Shown: in pieces, positions 34,891-48,511 of the stretch | How positions within the stretch are numbered: position 1 is the first letter of the stretch | Layout: each line of letters starts with the position of its first letter | Origin: Bigelowiella natans CCMP2755 | Taxonomy: Eukaryota > Protista > Cercozoa | DNA length: 51,155 nucleotides | Direction: 5' to 3' | NCBI GenBank assembly: GCA_000320545.1 | Contig: ADNK01001801.1 | Location: forward strand, 1-51,155 | The notes under the pieces: model-generated | The model's database searches: none | The model's input: the letters and a program-made list of their open reading frames with translations, nothing else | Told to the model about the DNA's origin: nothing | Made by a program: the position numbers and the translations under genes

Positions 34891-36648
34891 ATGATGGTGT
34901 GCCTTAGTGCTGATCACTTGCCATAGTTCTTCAATCTCTGCTATGAATTAGCCAGCTTATATAGTTCTTTTTTTTCCCTTCTTCCAAAAATGAATTATAT
35001 TAGTTGCAGTCCCCCAGCAGCAGCAGGGGTCATCCATTCCTAGAAACTTCCAGCGGTTTTCAAATGATTTCTCCTTCACAATCTACGCATCTAGCAGCTA
35101 CTGCCTCTCAAACACATCCTACTACCACAGGTACTGTAACACTGTTGAAAATATAGTATTATACGTTCTACACCAACATCTAAAATGGAAAGTATCAACA
35201 GGACAAAGAAAGCATTTATTGGCCATATTGCATACACTATGCGTAATATTGCATTGTCAACCACCCCTGTCTTTTAGTACAAAGTTAGTAATTTCATCGT
35301 TCTTCCTCATCATCATCCTAACTGATGCTACTGCTAATATTTATAGCCCTGCCCCCCTCAGCTTCCCAGCAGCATCCTCAAACACACTCACTTCAACCTG
35401 TGGAGGTAGTAGTAGTAGTAGTAGTAGTAGTTGCCAAGATTGCTGCTCATCATCATGATCAGAAGCAATATTGTCGTTGTTTATTGACAATATGCTCTAT
35501 TTATACTGGACAACTCTTATCCATGCTATTACTACTATTCAGATCCAAACACAAGGGAGAGAGCAGCATCATTCCCACCACCACCAACACTTCCGTACCG
35601 CAACATCGTCGTCATCATCATTATCATCTATATCAGCAGCTGCTGCTGCAGTAGTTATTCCTCGTGGGTATTCTGTGCAGCAAGATCAACCTTCTTCCAC
35701 ACAGCAACAACAGTATCTGTATCAGCAATCAACAACGACAGCAGCAGCAGCAGCAGGACACCACCCGCATCATGTCTCACGTATGTACGCTGCTAATAGA
35801 AAAACCATATACCCTTATATCATATCAATATTGTGGTGTATCATCTACGTTTCTGTTTACAAATGTTATTCTTATTTTTTTTTATATTGTGGTGCTACGA
35901 TGTCCATGCCTGCTTTGTTTTCTTCTTCATTCTAAATTGATATGAATGTGATCATCGTTATCATCGTTAGAATCGTCTAGTGGTAATAATGTACCAACGG
36001 GAAGTAGAAGGAGAAAACGCATCAATTACACTACTACTACTACTACTACTACTGCTACTACTATCACCGCCAGTAGTAGTAGTAGTAGTGGCAATGAGCA
36101 GGAGGAGGTGGTGGAAGAGGTAGGTGGTCCGTCCTAAAATTATGATGATGATGATGGTGATGATGATGATGATGATGCTATTAGAAGCCATCATTATGAG
36201 ATTAAAAACAGAGAGAGCTCTGTTTCACTATAGCTACCCAAAGCAGTCACATAATCATACGATGATGATGATGATGATAATAATGATGAGGATCATGATG
36301 ACGATGGAAGATAGATGAATAAATTACACTACAAATTTCACCCTAGGACAAGAAGACGATGATGATGACAACGACAGCAGCTGGTGAACAACAGTATCCT
36401 TCTCATCAGCATCATCATCCTCCTCCCCCTTCTTCTTCTTCCCAACTGCATCATCATCATCATCATCAGCAGCAACAACAACAACAACAACAACAACAAG
36501 GGATTGCTGCAACTGATACTACTACTGCAACAACAGAAACTTCTATCTTGGTTAATAAATATTGTCTTAGTGATTATACGTTGTAGTAATAGTAAAATGG
36601 TGGTGTATGGTGATGATGTTGATGACGAATGGTGAATTGATGATATCA

Positions 36649-36688
<40 letters not shown>

Positions 36689-37673
36689 GTGATGATGTTG
36701 ATGACGAATGGTGAATTGATAATATCATCTCTCTCTGTGTGTGTATGGTGATGATATTGATGACGAATGCTGAAATAATATTATCATCGAAAAGCAGGAG
36801 GGAATACCAGTGTATGATCGGTTAACCACCCTAATGCCTCCCCCGAGGAGTACCAGCGGTACTGATGCTACTACTGCTGCCTCTACTAATACTAATACTA
36901 CCAATACTGTACCAACATAGATTCTTACGTATGCATAGAAGAAAGCTATTATATTGATCCTCGTTATTACACTAGAAATAATAGTAGTTCTCCTATGCAT
37001 GCAAAGTCTAATAAAATAGTGATTAAAAGAAGAATGAACAAGAGCAAGAGTAGCAGCAAGGAAGAAGAAATGATAGGATGATGATGATGATGATGAGTCA
37101 TTTGCGTCTTTTCTCTATAATTTTTATCATCTGAAATGATGAGTGATATAAGAAGTTATAACAATAGGGAGGACCGATCAACTTCACCAGCTGCGTACTA
37201 GTGCTGCTGCTGCCCCCCCACACTTTGCTAGTAGTAGCAGTAGTAATGAACATTCAGATCTCAGGTTTAATGATGATGATAACAAGGATTACCAGGATTA
37301 CTGGACATATTGTTAATGAATTGTTCATCCTGCCACCGTCTTTTATATTCTCATCAAATAGGAAGAAGAAAATCATAAATGATATGTTTGGAAAAATCGC
37401 ATCTATCGTCTATATATAATATCGGTATTATTATTATTATTCATAGGATGATGATGATGATAAAACTATGTTATCTGTATTATTTGAAACAGCAGTAGCA
37501 GTAGACGAGGGGCAATAGTAGTCCAGAGGCAGCATCTTGCATTACGTCATCCTCAAACGGAGGATGACGACAAGACCGCCTCCACCACCACCACCACCAC
37601 CACCACTCCTACTACTAGCACAAGAAGAACAATAGTAAGATTATGCTCGATTATCCTATCTTTGTCTTTCTGA

Positions 37674-37726
<53 letters not shown>

Positions 37727-37984
37727 ATGATGATGATGGAAATCAATCATCACCAATGTAGTAGTAGTAGTAGTGGTAGTAGTTAAAGCTTATACATCCT
37801 GCATTATAACTCAATCACCTTTCAATATTAACAATAATAGTCAAAACTATAATAAGAATATTGTAATCATCGTATATGCTGTGTAATAAATTCTGATATT
37901 TTATGTTTGTTTTGTAATTGTACCACCACCTTCAGCAGCAGCAGCAGCAACAACAACAAGAAGAAGAAGAAGAAGAAGGCGACC

Positions 37985-38015
<31 letters not shown>

Positions 38016-38527
38016 GCAGCAGGATGATGATGATGATGATGATCAGCTTCCCTCCCTTCAACGAGGAGGAGCTCGGGGTGCTATACAGCAGCAGCAGCAG
38101 CAGCAACAACAACAACATAGGAGTCGCGATCTTGTTCTCCTTCATCCTCCTCTGCGTAGCACTACTACTCGTCACCCCTCTCCTCCTCCTGCCTCTTCCG
38201 TCATGGTTAAAAAAGAAAGGTAAGATAATGGATGATGATGATGATGATGATAATGATAATACCATATTTCTCTATCTCACGTAGATTCACATGCTTCTCA
38301 GCAACAACAGCTTTCTCATGATAACCATCATGATCATTATGATCATCATTATAATCATCTTGCTTATCAGGATGAGCCAGCAGGAGATAACTACACATCC
38401 AGAGCATAGAATCCTTACCTCGTCCTCGTTCTATTCGTCGAGTCACCCTCATCATCCTCCTCCCCCTCATGAGGCTAGCACCAAACAACGACACATTATC
38501 CATCATCCTCATCATCCTCATCATCCT

Positions 38528-38566
<39 letters not shown>

Positions 38567-39223
38567 GATTTAGTATCCTCCTCCTCCTTTTCCTCCTCCT
38601 ACTATAGGGGGGGGGGGCAATACCCCCACCCCCACCACCACCAACCGTCATCATCATCCTACCATCTTCTTCATCATCATAGAGGAGCAATGGGGGTTGG
38701 AGTGCCTTTAAATGTTAGTGATATTATTCTTGCTGCGGCTCAGAAGAGCTCTGCTCCTGTCGCATCACCTATAGGAGGAGGAGGAGGAGGAGGAGGAGGA
38801 GGAGGAGGAGATACTAGCAGTATTTTAGCTGCTGCTAGTGGTCGTCGAGGTGGTGCTGCTGGTTCTTCTTCCACACACGTGGTGGCAGAACAACTAAAGG
38901 GTGAAAGAAGAAAGCGACAAAGGTACAAGGAGTGTGACTATATAAGGGGAATGAATGATGGGGGACAAATCGATCACTCCTTGTTCTTGTTGTTGTTGTT
39001 GTTGTTGTTGTGGTTATTGTTTTTGTTGAGCAATAAAACATCAATTTAGTGTAGAGGTAGTAGGAAGAAGATGAAGGAGGAGGAGGAGGAGGAGGAGGGA
39101 ATGTGAAAATCAGCTACTGCTGCTGCTGCTGCTAGCAATGACGCATAGCGTGTTGACGTAGTAGTAGTAGTAGTAGTAGTAGTAGTAATAGTATCTGCTA
39201 TCAATGACGCATAGCGTGTTGAC

Positions 39224-39256
<33 letters not shown>

Positions 39257-39352
39257 ATAGTATCTGCTATCAATGACGCATAGCGTGTTGACGTAGTAGT
39301 AGTAGTAGTAGTAGTAGTAGTATCTGCTATCAATGACGCATAGCGTGTTGAC

Positions 39353-39389
<37 letters not shown>

Positions 39390-40067
39390 AGCAGTACTAG
39401 TAGTAGCAGCCCATCAGCTTTCTCCTACTCTATCTCCTCTCTCTCCCTCTCTTTCTCTCTCGCTCTTATTTGTGTTAATGTGAGTGTGTAGGTGTGGGGG
39501 TGTTTTCCAAAAGCGTCTACTACCACTTATTCTTCCTTCCCCGTTCTTCAATATTATTATTCTCTCCCTCATTCATATTTAGCAGCTTTCATCATTATAT
39601 TCCATTATTATCATCATTATCATCATCATCATCGTCATCATCATCATCATCGTCATCATCATCACAGATTAGCTCGAAAGGCAGAACTTGCTCGTCAAAG
39701 CCGCAAAAGGAAAAAGGATAAAATAGGGTTAGTTGTAGTAGCAGCTTCCTACACGAATAATATTATAATAATAGTAGTAGAATATTGGTTTCAAGCAGCA
39801 CGTTGTTGTATTTGTCGTATATGCTTAATACGTCGTAAAAGAGCAGCTAGCAAGCTTAATTAGTAGTATTTTGAAGTAGTTGTCCTTGGGTAAGCTATAC
39901 TAGTATTTTAAGTAGTTGTCCCCTTTTGCTGTTGTTTTCGTCTCCTTATTCATATTCTCGAAACGCTGTTGATCATAATCATTTTAACAGATTGTAGTAA
40001 TATCTGTATAAAATCAAGAATAATATCACTAATGCTACCCTCTCTGAATCATAAATACTACTTTATA

Positions 40068-40100
<33 letters not shown>

Positions 40101-40364
40101 TTCTACACTAATAAAAGGCAAATGAGGAAACAAGTAGAGATGCTCAAAATGGTAATATAGTCGTCTTTGTCATCGTAGTATTAGTAGTAGTAGTATTAGT
40201 AGTAGTGGTGGTGCAGTAGTAGTAGAGGTAGCAGTAGTAGTATCAGCAATAGGATGGCTAATATATATATATATTATATCACCCACCATCACATCATCAA
40301 TCAGGCCATAGAGTCAGAGAAGGAACAACAAGGACTAACAAAAGAGTGCAAGGCTTGTTTCGGA

Positions 40365-40396
<32 letters not shown>

Positions 40397-40593
40397 TATA
40401 CTACTAGAAGCTAGCAGCTAAATCCTGAATAGGGACCTACCTACCTACTCCGCGAGGGAGAATTGATTCTTTTGGATTAGCAGCAGAGTATAAAACAAAT
40501 GTTTGAAGAGTAGTGGGTATTGACGACTACCTCCTTCTCCTCTTTATACATATGTAGTGGGTATTGACGACTACCTCCTTCTCCTCTTTACAC

Positions 40594-40640
<47 letters not shown>

Positions 40641-40813
40641 CCTTATTACTTTCTAAGGGGGTCTAAAGCTGACGTCAAATACGTGGATATGACCTCTGAA
40701 AAGGTAAAAATAGTATTAATTCCAGCAATGGAAGTAGAGTAGCATGGTGAAGAGGAAATATATGTCTGTGCTGATTAGATATTATTATGTTCAATCTCTG
40801 TCCTATACCCACC

Positions 40814-40860
<47 letters not shown>

Positions 40861-41247
40861 AATGATAACGTTTAACTAATGTTTGCTTGCAGAATGAAGT
40901 TGATCGTGTCATCTTTGAAATGGTAATAAGAGTAGTCAGCCAGTGATTTCGAAGACTGAGTTTGTCCTCCTTCTCCCTACCGAGGAGGAGGAGGAGGAGG
41001 AGGAGGAGGAGGAGGAGGAAGGGAAACTTCTTATCAATATATTATCAAATTTTTGATGAATTTTCTGATCTGAGTACTTCTAAAAATAACATGTCATCTT
41101 CTATGATCGTGTCATCAGAGGGAGGCTCAGAAAATAAAAATGGATTGGCTAACCAAGGTAATTATCTTACTATATGCATTTTTATATATTATTTTTACTT
41201 GCTGCTGAATACTTCCTGTTAATGTTGAAACGTCTACATGATGATAC

Positions 41248-41278
<31 letters not shown>

Positions 41279-41286
41279 CGACATGG

Positions 41287-41324
<38 letters not shown>

Positions 41325-42566
41325 CAGCAGCAGCAGCAGCCATTATTATCGTCGTCTTTTTCCCTTTCTTCATTTGTAGTAGATTGCTGAGCTGCAAGCC
41401 GCACAATGTTTCCCATCATCATAACCACCATCATCATACTCACTGTTGTCATCACCGTCGTCATCATTTATTGCACTTAACTGTCTAATTACATCATCAT
41501 CACTACTAGCAGCTCATAAGTGAAGGAGGAGGAGGAGGAGGAGGAGGAATGGGGGCATCGTCTTCTTCTTCTACTTCTCCTTCGTCGTCATCCAAACAGC
41601 TACCACCACCACCTCAAAAGATGATATATCAACCCCAGCAACCAGTGGTAATAAATAAATGAATGAATAAATAAATAATAGGGTTATAGATTGTTTTCGT
41701 CCTCATACAAAAAATGGAGGAAGATATACACCATCAAAGTAGACCGAGAAAACAAGTATTCTTCTACCAACAAAGCATTCCATCAAACATAATGAATAGC
41801 TCTCATCACATTTGCCATACCTAATTTTAATTATCACAACGAATACGTGGTGTAGATGGTATAGATTCTATTGATGGTTGGTACTTGAGCAGCATCACTT
41901 AGCTTATAAAGATAATAATGCTGCTGCTGCAGATGATTATGATGATTTATTTATGATGAAAATAGTAGGCATACTACTAAAATATTATTCTAATTTGCTG
42001 TTATTATTCTTTTTCTTGTTGTTTTTCCTACTTCTTTTCCTTGTTCTCTCTTCGTAATTTCCCCCTCATCATCATTATCATCATGATCATTATCAGATTT
42101 CTGCTGCTGTATCGTCATCATCTACCTCGTCTCCCTTGGCAAGAACGATAATATCCACGATTTTTAAGGACGTAATATGATGAGAATGATGATAGATGAT
42201 GATGATGATGATGATGATGATGAAGAAGAAGAAGATGAAGAAGACGTAAAAGAAGAAGGTTGACTGAGTCATCTCTCGTGGTTGTGATGACGTTGTATTG
42301 GTGCTGCTCTCTTTTTCTTCTTTTTGTAGGCTCTTTATCGGAATGAACGTGCTTGCTCACATTTAGAAAGCCTCAGCGACTGCCTCGGTAGTAGTAGTAG
42401 TAGTAGTAGTAGTAATAGTAGTAGTAGTAGGAGGAGGAGGAGGAGGAGGAGGAGTTGTCGTTGTTTTCATGGTAGCAGTGGTAATCGATAGCAAACATAA
42501 CGATTGATCATTAGAGTCACTAATACAAGGATCACGTTTGCCGGCATCATCATTATCAACATCAAT

Positions 42567-42601
<35 letters not shown>

Positions 42602-42927
42602 TGCCACCACCACCCCCATCACCAAAACTATACTCAATAACAAACAACCAGATTTGTGCCCTCCAGCAAGATTTTTGGCGTGGGCTCTGGGGCATGATGC
42701 AGCCCCTCCGAATAGGGTAGTAGTAGTAGTAGTAGTAGTAGTAGCAAAATGATAACAAGTAGTAATAATGGAGAATGCTTCTATTGCAGGATCCACGTGG
42801 GATTTGGATGCGTTTGTGGGTAAATGAGTTAGGTCTTAAAGAATCAAAAGTACTTCAAATTGAATCGATGAGAAGTTTATGTCGCACACTAAGATTGACT
42901 GCCCACCAGATAAGACATGCTCTTAGG

Positions 42928-42960
<33 letters not shown>

Positions 42961-43694
42961 ATGGTAGTCTATACCAAAATAGTCGTGTTAGTGACGACGA
43001 TAGAACCACTCATCACAACAGCAAGAAATATCCTGTTTCACAACTCACACACAACAAACCGATCGATATACAAGAAATAATAGGTCATGTGAAATAATTC
43101 TCCCTTTGATTATTTTAGTTTTTGTTTAATAGAACTAGTGTTCTCTATCCCTTCGTTCTTTTAATATTTATACTTACTCTCTTAATATACTTTGATTGAT
43201 GATACATATCAGCAGCAGCGGTATCCTCAGACAGTAACAGTAGGAAACATATCAACAGTAGCAGCAGCAAGTAGTAGTAGCAGCAGCAGCAGTCGTCATC
43301 ATCATCACCCTCTCAGTTTAGCACTAGTTAGACGAGGAGAAGGAGGAAGAGGAGGAGGGGAAGGAGGAGGAGGAGAAGGACAAGAGCTACCACAACAGCA
43401 TGGGCAGCAGCAGTCATCGTTGTCTTCTTCGTCGTCCTCATCGTCTCAACTGGCACAAGGAATCCTCTCACGGTAACAAACAGAGGCTATAGTGAAACGA
43501 TAGTGCTACTGAAACCAACAAATAGCAGCGAGAATACATGGTAGTTTTATGCATATCATCCATAAACGCGTTGTAATTGCGATTTAAAGTTAAAACGAGA
43601 TTATTTACAGCAGTAACAGGTTGAGAATGCAAGTAGGAAGGAATGTTGAGAATGATGATGATGTTGAGAATGCAAGTAGGAAGGAATGTTGAGA

Positions 43695-43726
<32 letters not shown>

Positions 43727-44428
43727 ACTAATATGGCATTGATGAGAATGATGGTCTCGATGCGGGAAAAGAGTTGTCCTCTTTACATTTTACCGATTTT
43801 TCTCTTCTACTTCTTCTTCTATTTTACATGTTCTTTGTTAGTGCCAAAGCCGCTACCAACATCACATCCAGTAGTACAAACATAGCTAGAAGGAGAAGCA
43901 CCTTATCTGCTACTGCATCTTCGTCATTTACATCGTTATTTCCTAGCACCAGCACCAGCACCAGCAGTAGCAGTAGCAGCTTACAAGCTTTGGAAATAGA
44001 ATGCCTAGAAAGGTAATAACTACAACGAACGATGACTTTAATCTCCATATTTTTCCATGACTTTCTGATGTATTTTTCAATACCTTATCCCCAGCTAGTG
44101 TAAAACTAGCCAGAATTGGTATGAGATCACTATTGCAAGCGCTTGGTGATCAATCTCTACTACTGCCACTTTTCACTACTTCAGAATACGACGTATTCTA
44201 AGTCCTATAGAAATGATACGCTTTTGTGTTTGGGCAAACCAGGTAGGTGATAGGAGGAGGAGGAGGAGGAGGAGGAGGAGGAGGAGGAGGAGGAGGGGGG
44301 GGGATAGAACATAGTGGGATATCTGCTAAGCATCAATTCTTGTTGCTAATGTTTGTTTCAGAATCGTCTTACAATGCTAATGTTTGTTTCAGAATCGTCT
44401 TACAATCGCGGCTTTAGATTTGCAATGA
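34891..44428 (+). CDS. bZIP transcription factor with long Gln/His/Ser/Gly low-complexity regions and a C-terminal helical domain; many exons
   Basis: Basic region split by an intron: EQLKGERRKRQ (38888-38921) / RLARKAELARQSRKRKKDKI (39667-39727). Zipper-like exon QMRKQVEMLKM (~40119-40151). C-terminal exons DPRGIWMRLWVNELGLKESKVLQIESMR and IRRILSPIEMIRFCVWANQ/NRLTIAALDLQ-stop (44428). The 5' end, and whether all upstream low-complexity exons belong to one gene, are uncertain. Confidence 0.7.
36603..36785. repeat. Three tandem copies of a ~48-bp unit separated by (TG)n/(TC)n
   Basis: GTGTATGGTGATGATGTTGATGACGAATGGTGAATTGAT.ATATCATC repeated with slight decay. Confidence 0.85.
39136..39384. 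repeat. Intronic minisatellite: 4 x CAATGACGCATAGCGTGTTGACG-(TAG)n-TATCTGCTAT
   Basis: Units start at 39136, 39202, 39271 and 39331; length differs only in the (TAG)n tract. Confidence 0.92.
44344..44405. repeat. Perfect 31-bp tandem duplication spanning a 3' splice site
   Basis: TGCTAATGTTTGTTTCAGAATCGTCTTACAA x2. Confidence 0.92.
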
Positions 44429-45514
44429 GGTCTACTGCTGCAACAGAAACGTATCGAGAGAAATTCATGATGATAGCAAAAAGCAGATACATTCCAGCAC
44501 TTCTAGCAAACTAAGCATAATCCTCGTTTTGCATTTCCCTTTTGGGATTCACGTTTTAAGCATGTGGATAGGTTTACATACAATGAACATGTTGGAATGC
44601 AAAGTCATGTTAGATAATTTACCTTTTTCCGCTTTGGTGTGATCCAGATGATGACATAAGTGCACATTCTTCCCACTTTTTTTCCATGTGCCAAGTGTCT
44701 ACCCATCCATCCTAGCATTTCCCCGCCCTTCAAGAACAAGTAGTGAAAATTGAATGCAATTGTCAGTGCATCTTCTCGCAGTGGTTGCTGCTGAACAGGA
44801 TGTTTGCCAACATCAAGATTTGAAACAAATTGAAACAGATTCTAGAAACATGATTCAACAATTTCGAAGGATCCGCCTCAAAGCATCTGTCACTGCACAC
44901 ATGCATGCATGCGCATTGAAGTGCATGCTCGTGCTGGCTAGCTGGTGCGCATCAGCTGCTGATCCACAAGGTGACAGGTCTAATGGAGGCATGACGCGCG
45001 GCGAATTTGAGCAGCTAGGAGCAGAAATGGTGAAATAAACAATTGCTAAGTCCTGCTACGCTTCGATTCGAATTGTGGGTGATTCGACATGTTGCGCGAG
45101 ATTCCAATGGACATCATGTGCGACCTATAGCTACTTCGCTTTCAATTTCATTTTGATTGCAAAACAATGGACATGTGCTACACATGCACGGCATTGTTGT
45201 GTCTATTGTCAAACCACTGATGATGGTCACCACATGTTGCTGACGACACGCAATGGGCTGCAATCAATGTCAATGGCGATGCTGGCGCACATTGTCAACA
45301 TGGCGCTCTCATGCTAGCATGCTCTTCCAATGAACGATCGCACTACCACAGCTAAAGGTGCATACATGCAGAGTGTGCGTCACATCATCTCTGTGAACAA
45401 ATCATTCTTTGCTGTAACGAACTTTGAATGTGAAGAACAGACATCAATGCACATGCCACTATTGGAAAAACATCACATCGAAACCATTAGCATCTACATC
45501 GCTACGCACAATTC

Positions 45515-46825
45515 TTAATCTTTCTTTCCTCTTTTAACAGCCTTCCTATATGAAGCCATAACACGCTGCTTGACCCCGCTAGCAGTTTTTGCGACAGCAT
45601 TTATCCCTTCTTCAACCTATCAATGATATAATGCAAAGATTGTTTGACCAATTCGCCGTAAAGTTCATTTCTCACTTATATAAATTACCTTCCGCCTTGC
45701 AATTTTGCCCCCTACCGTAGTGAGGTCAACACCATCCACTGAATTTGCAGGGCTTACCACTCTATTGTGATTGTTGTACACTCTCTTACTACCTGGGAAA
45801 AGAAGAAGAAGAAGAACAATGAGGTTGCGAAGGATTGAAGATTACTACCACTCATAGCATACCACCGTTTGATCGTGAGTTGTTGTATAGTCTCGACATT
45901 TCCATTTCCGCTCCTCTATCGCCCCTTCTTTTTTTCTTCGCTTCATCTTCCTGTTGTTTTCTTTTCATTTCGGCTTGTGCTTGTGCTCTCCGAGCCAGGG
46001 CCTGTGCTAAGGCAGGGTCAACATGCTCTACTACTACTCCACCGTGAGAATTTCGACCCTGGAATGATTGTCGCTTGAAAGCCGAAAGTACTACTCCGAT
46101 AAAAAACAGCATGAAAAGAAGCGACATCATCTCGTCAGCTTGTTTTTCTTGCATCTCGTGAAGTTTCTGTAATTGCTTGAGCGCTTTGATGGGATCGTTG
46201 ATTGCTGACGGATGAATACCCATTCCTTTAGCCATGCCTGGGATGTCTGGCATCTCTCCAGGACCTAAAACCTTTTCCTCAACTACTTTAAATACGTGGC
46301 CATCTTTATCACGCATGATCCGTTCCATATGCATAACAGTCTGCCCCCTCTTGCCACCTGACCCTCCTCCACCACCACCTGGAAATCCTGGTGGAGGGCC
46401 AAATCCAGGAGGAAACCTGACGACACAAATAAAAATAATACTAACAACAACCACCAATACACTCATTTTGCTGTCTGTCTGTCTGTCTGTCTGCCTGTCT
46501 GTTTACATTAGCATACATTCGTCATATGGGGCATAGTAGTAGTAGTAGTAGTAGTAGTAGGAATAGTAGTAGTAGGAATAGTAGTAGTAGTAGTACCCGA
46601 AAGGCGAACCCCCCATAATTATGTGGTGCTTATGCTTCAAACGGCCACCAGCCCTGCCATCAAATGGCCCTTCTCCATTGAATATAATTCCGGGAGGTCC
46701 TCCCTGTTTAGTAATGACATAAAAGCAAACATGTGATGATGAATGGACTAAAATACAAGAATTAACTTTTCAAATAATCACATTTATTTCTATTCATTAT
46801 ATCCTCTGTTTTCCAGATGCTGCTA

Positions 46826-46862
<37 letters not shown>

Positions 46863-48277
46863 TGCTGAGACATTGACTGTAGAATATCTCCTATTATAGC
46901 ACCCATTGGACCAGGAATTTGATGATCCTTCATTATCTCACGGAAGATATCCATGGGATCTTGAAAAACGTTCTCCCCTCCCTTCTCCCCATTCTTGTAT
47001 TTTTCTGGAGATCTAACTTGATCATATTTTTTTCTTTCGTCCTCGTTACTCAGTACTTGGTATGCTTCAGCAACCTTGTTCATACAACATGAAATGAATA
47101 AAATTATATCAGTAATCGTATCACCTAAATTCATGGGAACCTGGTTGAAAAATTTCTCCATAATTTCTTTCTTTCCTGGTGAGTTTCGATCTAAAAATAT
47201 AACATAGGTAATGGCTTACTGCCCCCCCCCTTCGACAGAGATCACTTCTGGCTGGCATTGGGAGCTAACGGTTGATGTTTGGCAGTTGTACCAGGATGAT
47301 ACTTTAGTGCTCTTTCACGATACGCCTTTCGAATGTCAGAATCTGTGGCCCCCTATAGGTGATCAACAGCACATATTAATTTAACACAAGTTCTATAAAG
47401 CAAAAAATCTGTCACATGTGCGTTTCTCAGGCGGCTTGTAACTGAATGTGCCAGTTGAAAGGTTTATTACTGAATTTACTCCTAGAACTTCGTAGTAATC
47501 CTTGTTTTCGTCGAATACTTCTTGATCTGACTCAGATTCCGGGTCATCTTCAACAATGTGATGTACAGGTATTTTTTCTTTGACGGCAGCTTTTGGAAGA
47601 TCTTTAGATGTTGTCGCACTGGGATCAGAAGGATGAGGAATCGGAGGATGCTGCTGTTGATCTTCTACGTTAGAATCCATAGGAGACTTCTCTGGCTGCT
47701 TCTTGTCCTCCGTGTTTGGGCTATCACTTTCATCGAGTATTAGGGAGCTACTACTACTACTACTACTACTACTATCTTGAGGGCTGCCTCTTCCACCATT
47801 TGCTTGAGTCGTAGTAGTAGTAGGTGTAGTAGTAGTAGTAACGTCTCCATCATCTGCCTTTGTTGCCATTCCCTTTGCAGCTTTCTCTTTCAGTTTAGAG
47901 CCTAGCGGTTTCTTTGGCATCTCATGTTTAGATTCTTCCATACCTAGTGAATCATCATTGCTTGAAGCTTCGAAGGTCTCGGAGGCATGCGTTGGCCCCT
48001 CATCAGTAGTTTCAGGTCTTACCGCTGATGATATACGAACAATGTCAAACAGCATCATGGCAGTTTCAAAGTAGGGTAATCACTAGCACCCGTTTCTTTA
48101 AACATGAATAAACGTTGGCATAGGATGATTTTGGTCAACATGAATACACGTTGGCATAGGACGATTTTGGTCACCAAGTCTCTCCCCTTCCTGATCGGAT
48201 GATGACGCGATGGATGACTCCACCAGGGCAGATAGAAAAAAAAGAAAGACAATAAAAAGCCGCTTTCTCCTCATCAT
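45515..48277 (-). CDS. DnaJ/Hsp40 J-domain protein with signal peptide and C-terminal transmembrane helix, multi-exon
   Basis: KDYYEVLGV / GATDSDIRKAYRERALKYHP / DRNSPG...KFFNQ / VAEAYQVLSNEDERKKYD, with the HPD motif split by an intron. G/F/P-rich region; TM segment LLFMLFFIGVVLSAF; N-terminal LFIVFLFFLSALV; stop at 45515-45517. Confidence 0.88.
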
Positions 48278-48511
48278 GCCTCTTGGGTCCAACTACATTA
48301 ACGAAACAGTAAGAACATAGGTGAATTTTAAGGAAAACTTGGTGACGTCGTCCATCATTACGCGCCACGCTGTGCAAAGAGCCAGCAATTTGCATTCCGC
48401 AATTTTAGCAGAATATTGAGCAATGTACAATCTTTCAATTTTGCATTCTGTGTGCAATTGGAAACCTTGCCTTCAGGCTCCACAAGAATTCGCAAGGGTA
48501 CGACGTGATTA

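Noticed and set aside
39136-39384. Repeat-spacer-like array resembling CRISPR
   Set aside because: The 'spacers' are just (TAG)n tracts; eukaryotic intron; no cas genes.
35219-44048. Poly-Q/H/M/I/L/V ORFs in the ORF track
   Set aside because: Mostly translations of trinucleotide microsatellites; only some + strand parts are likely bZIP exons.
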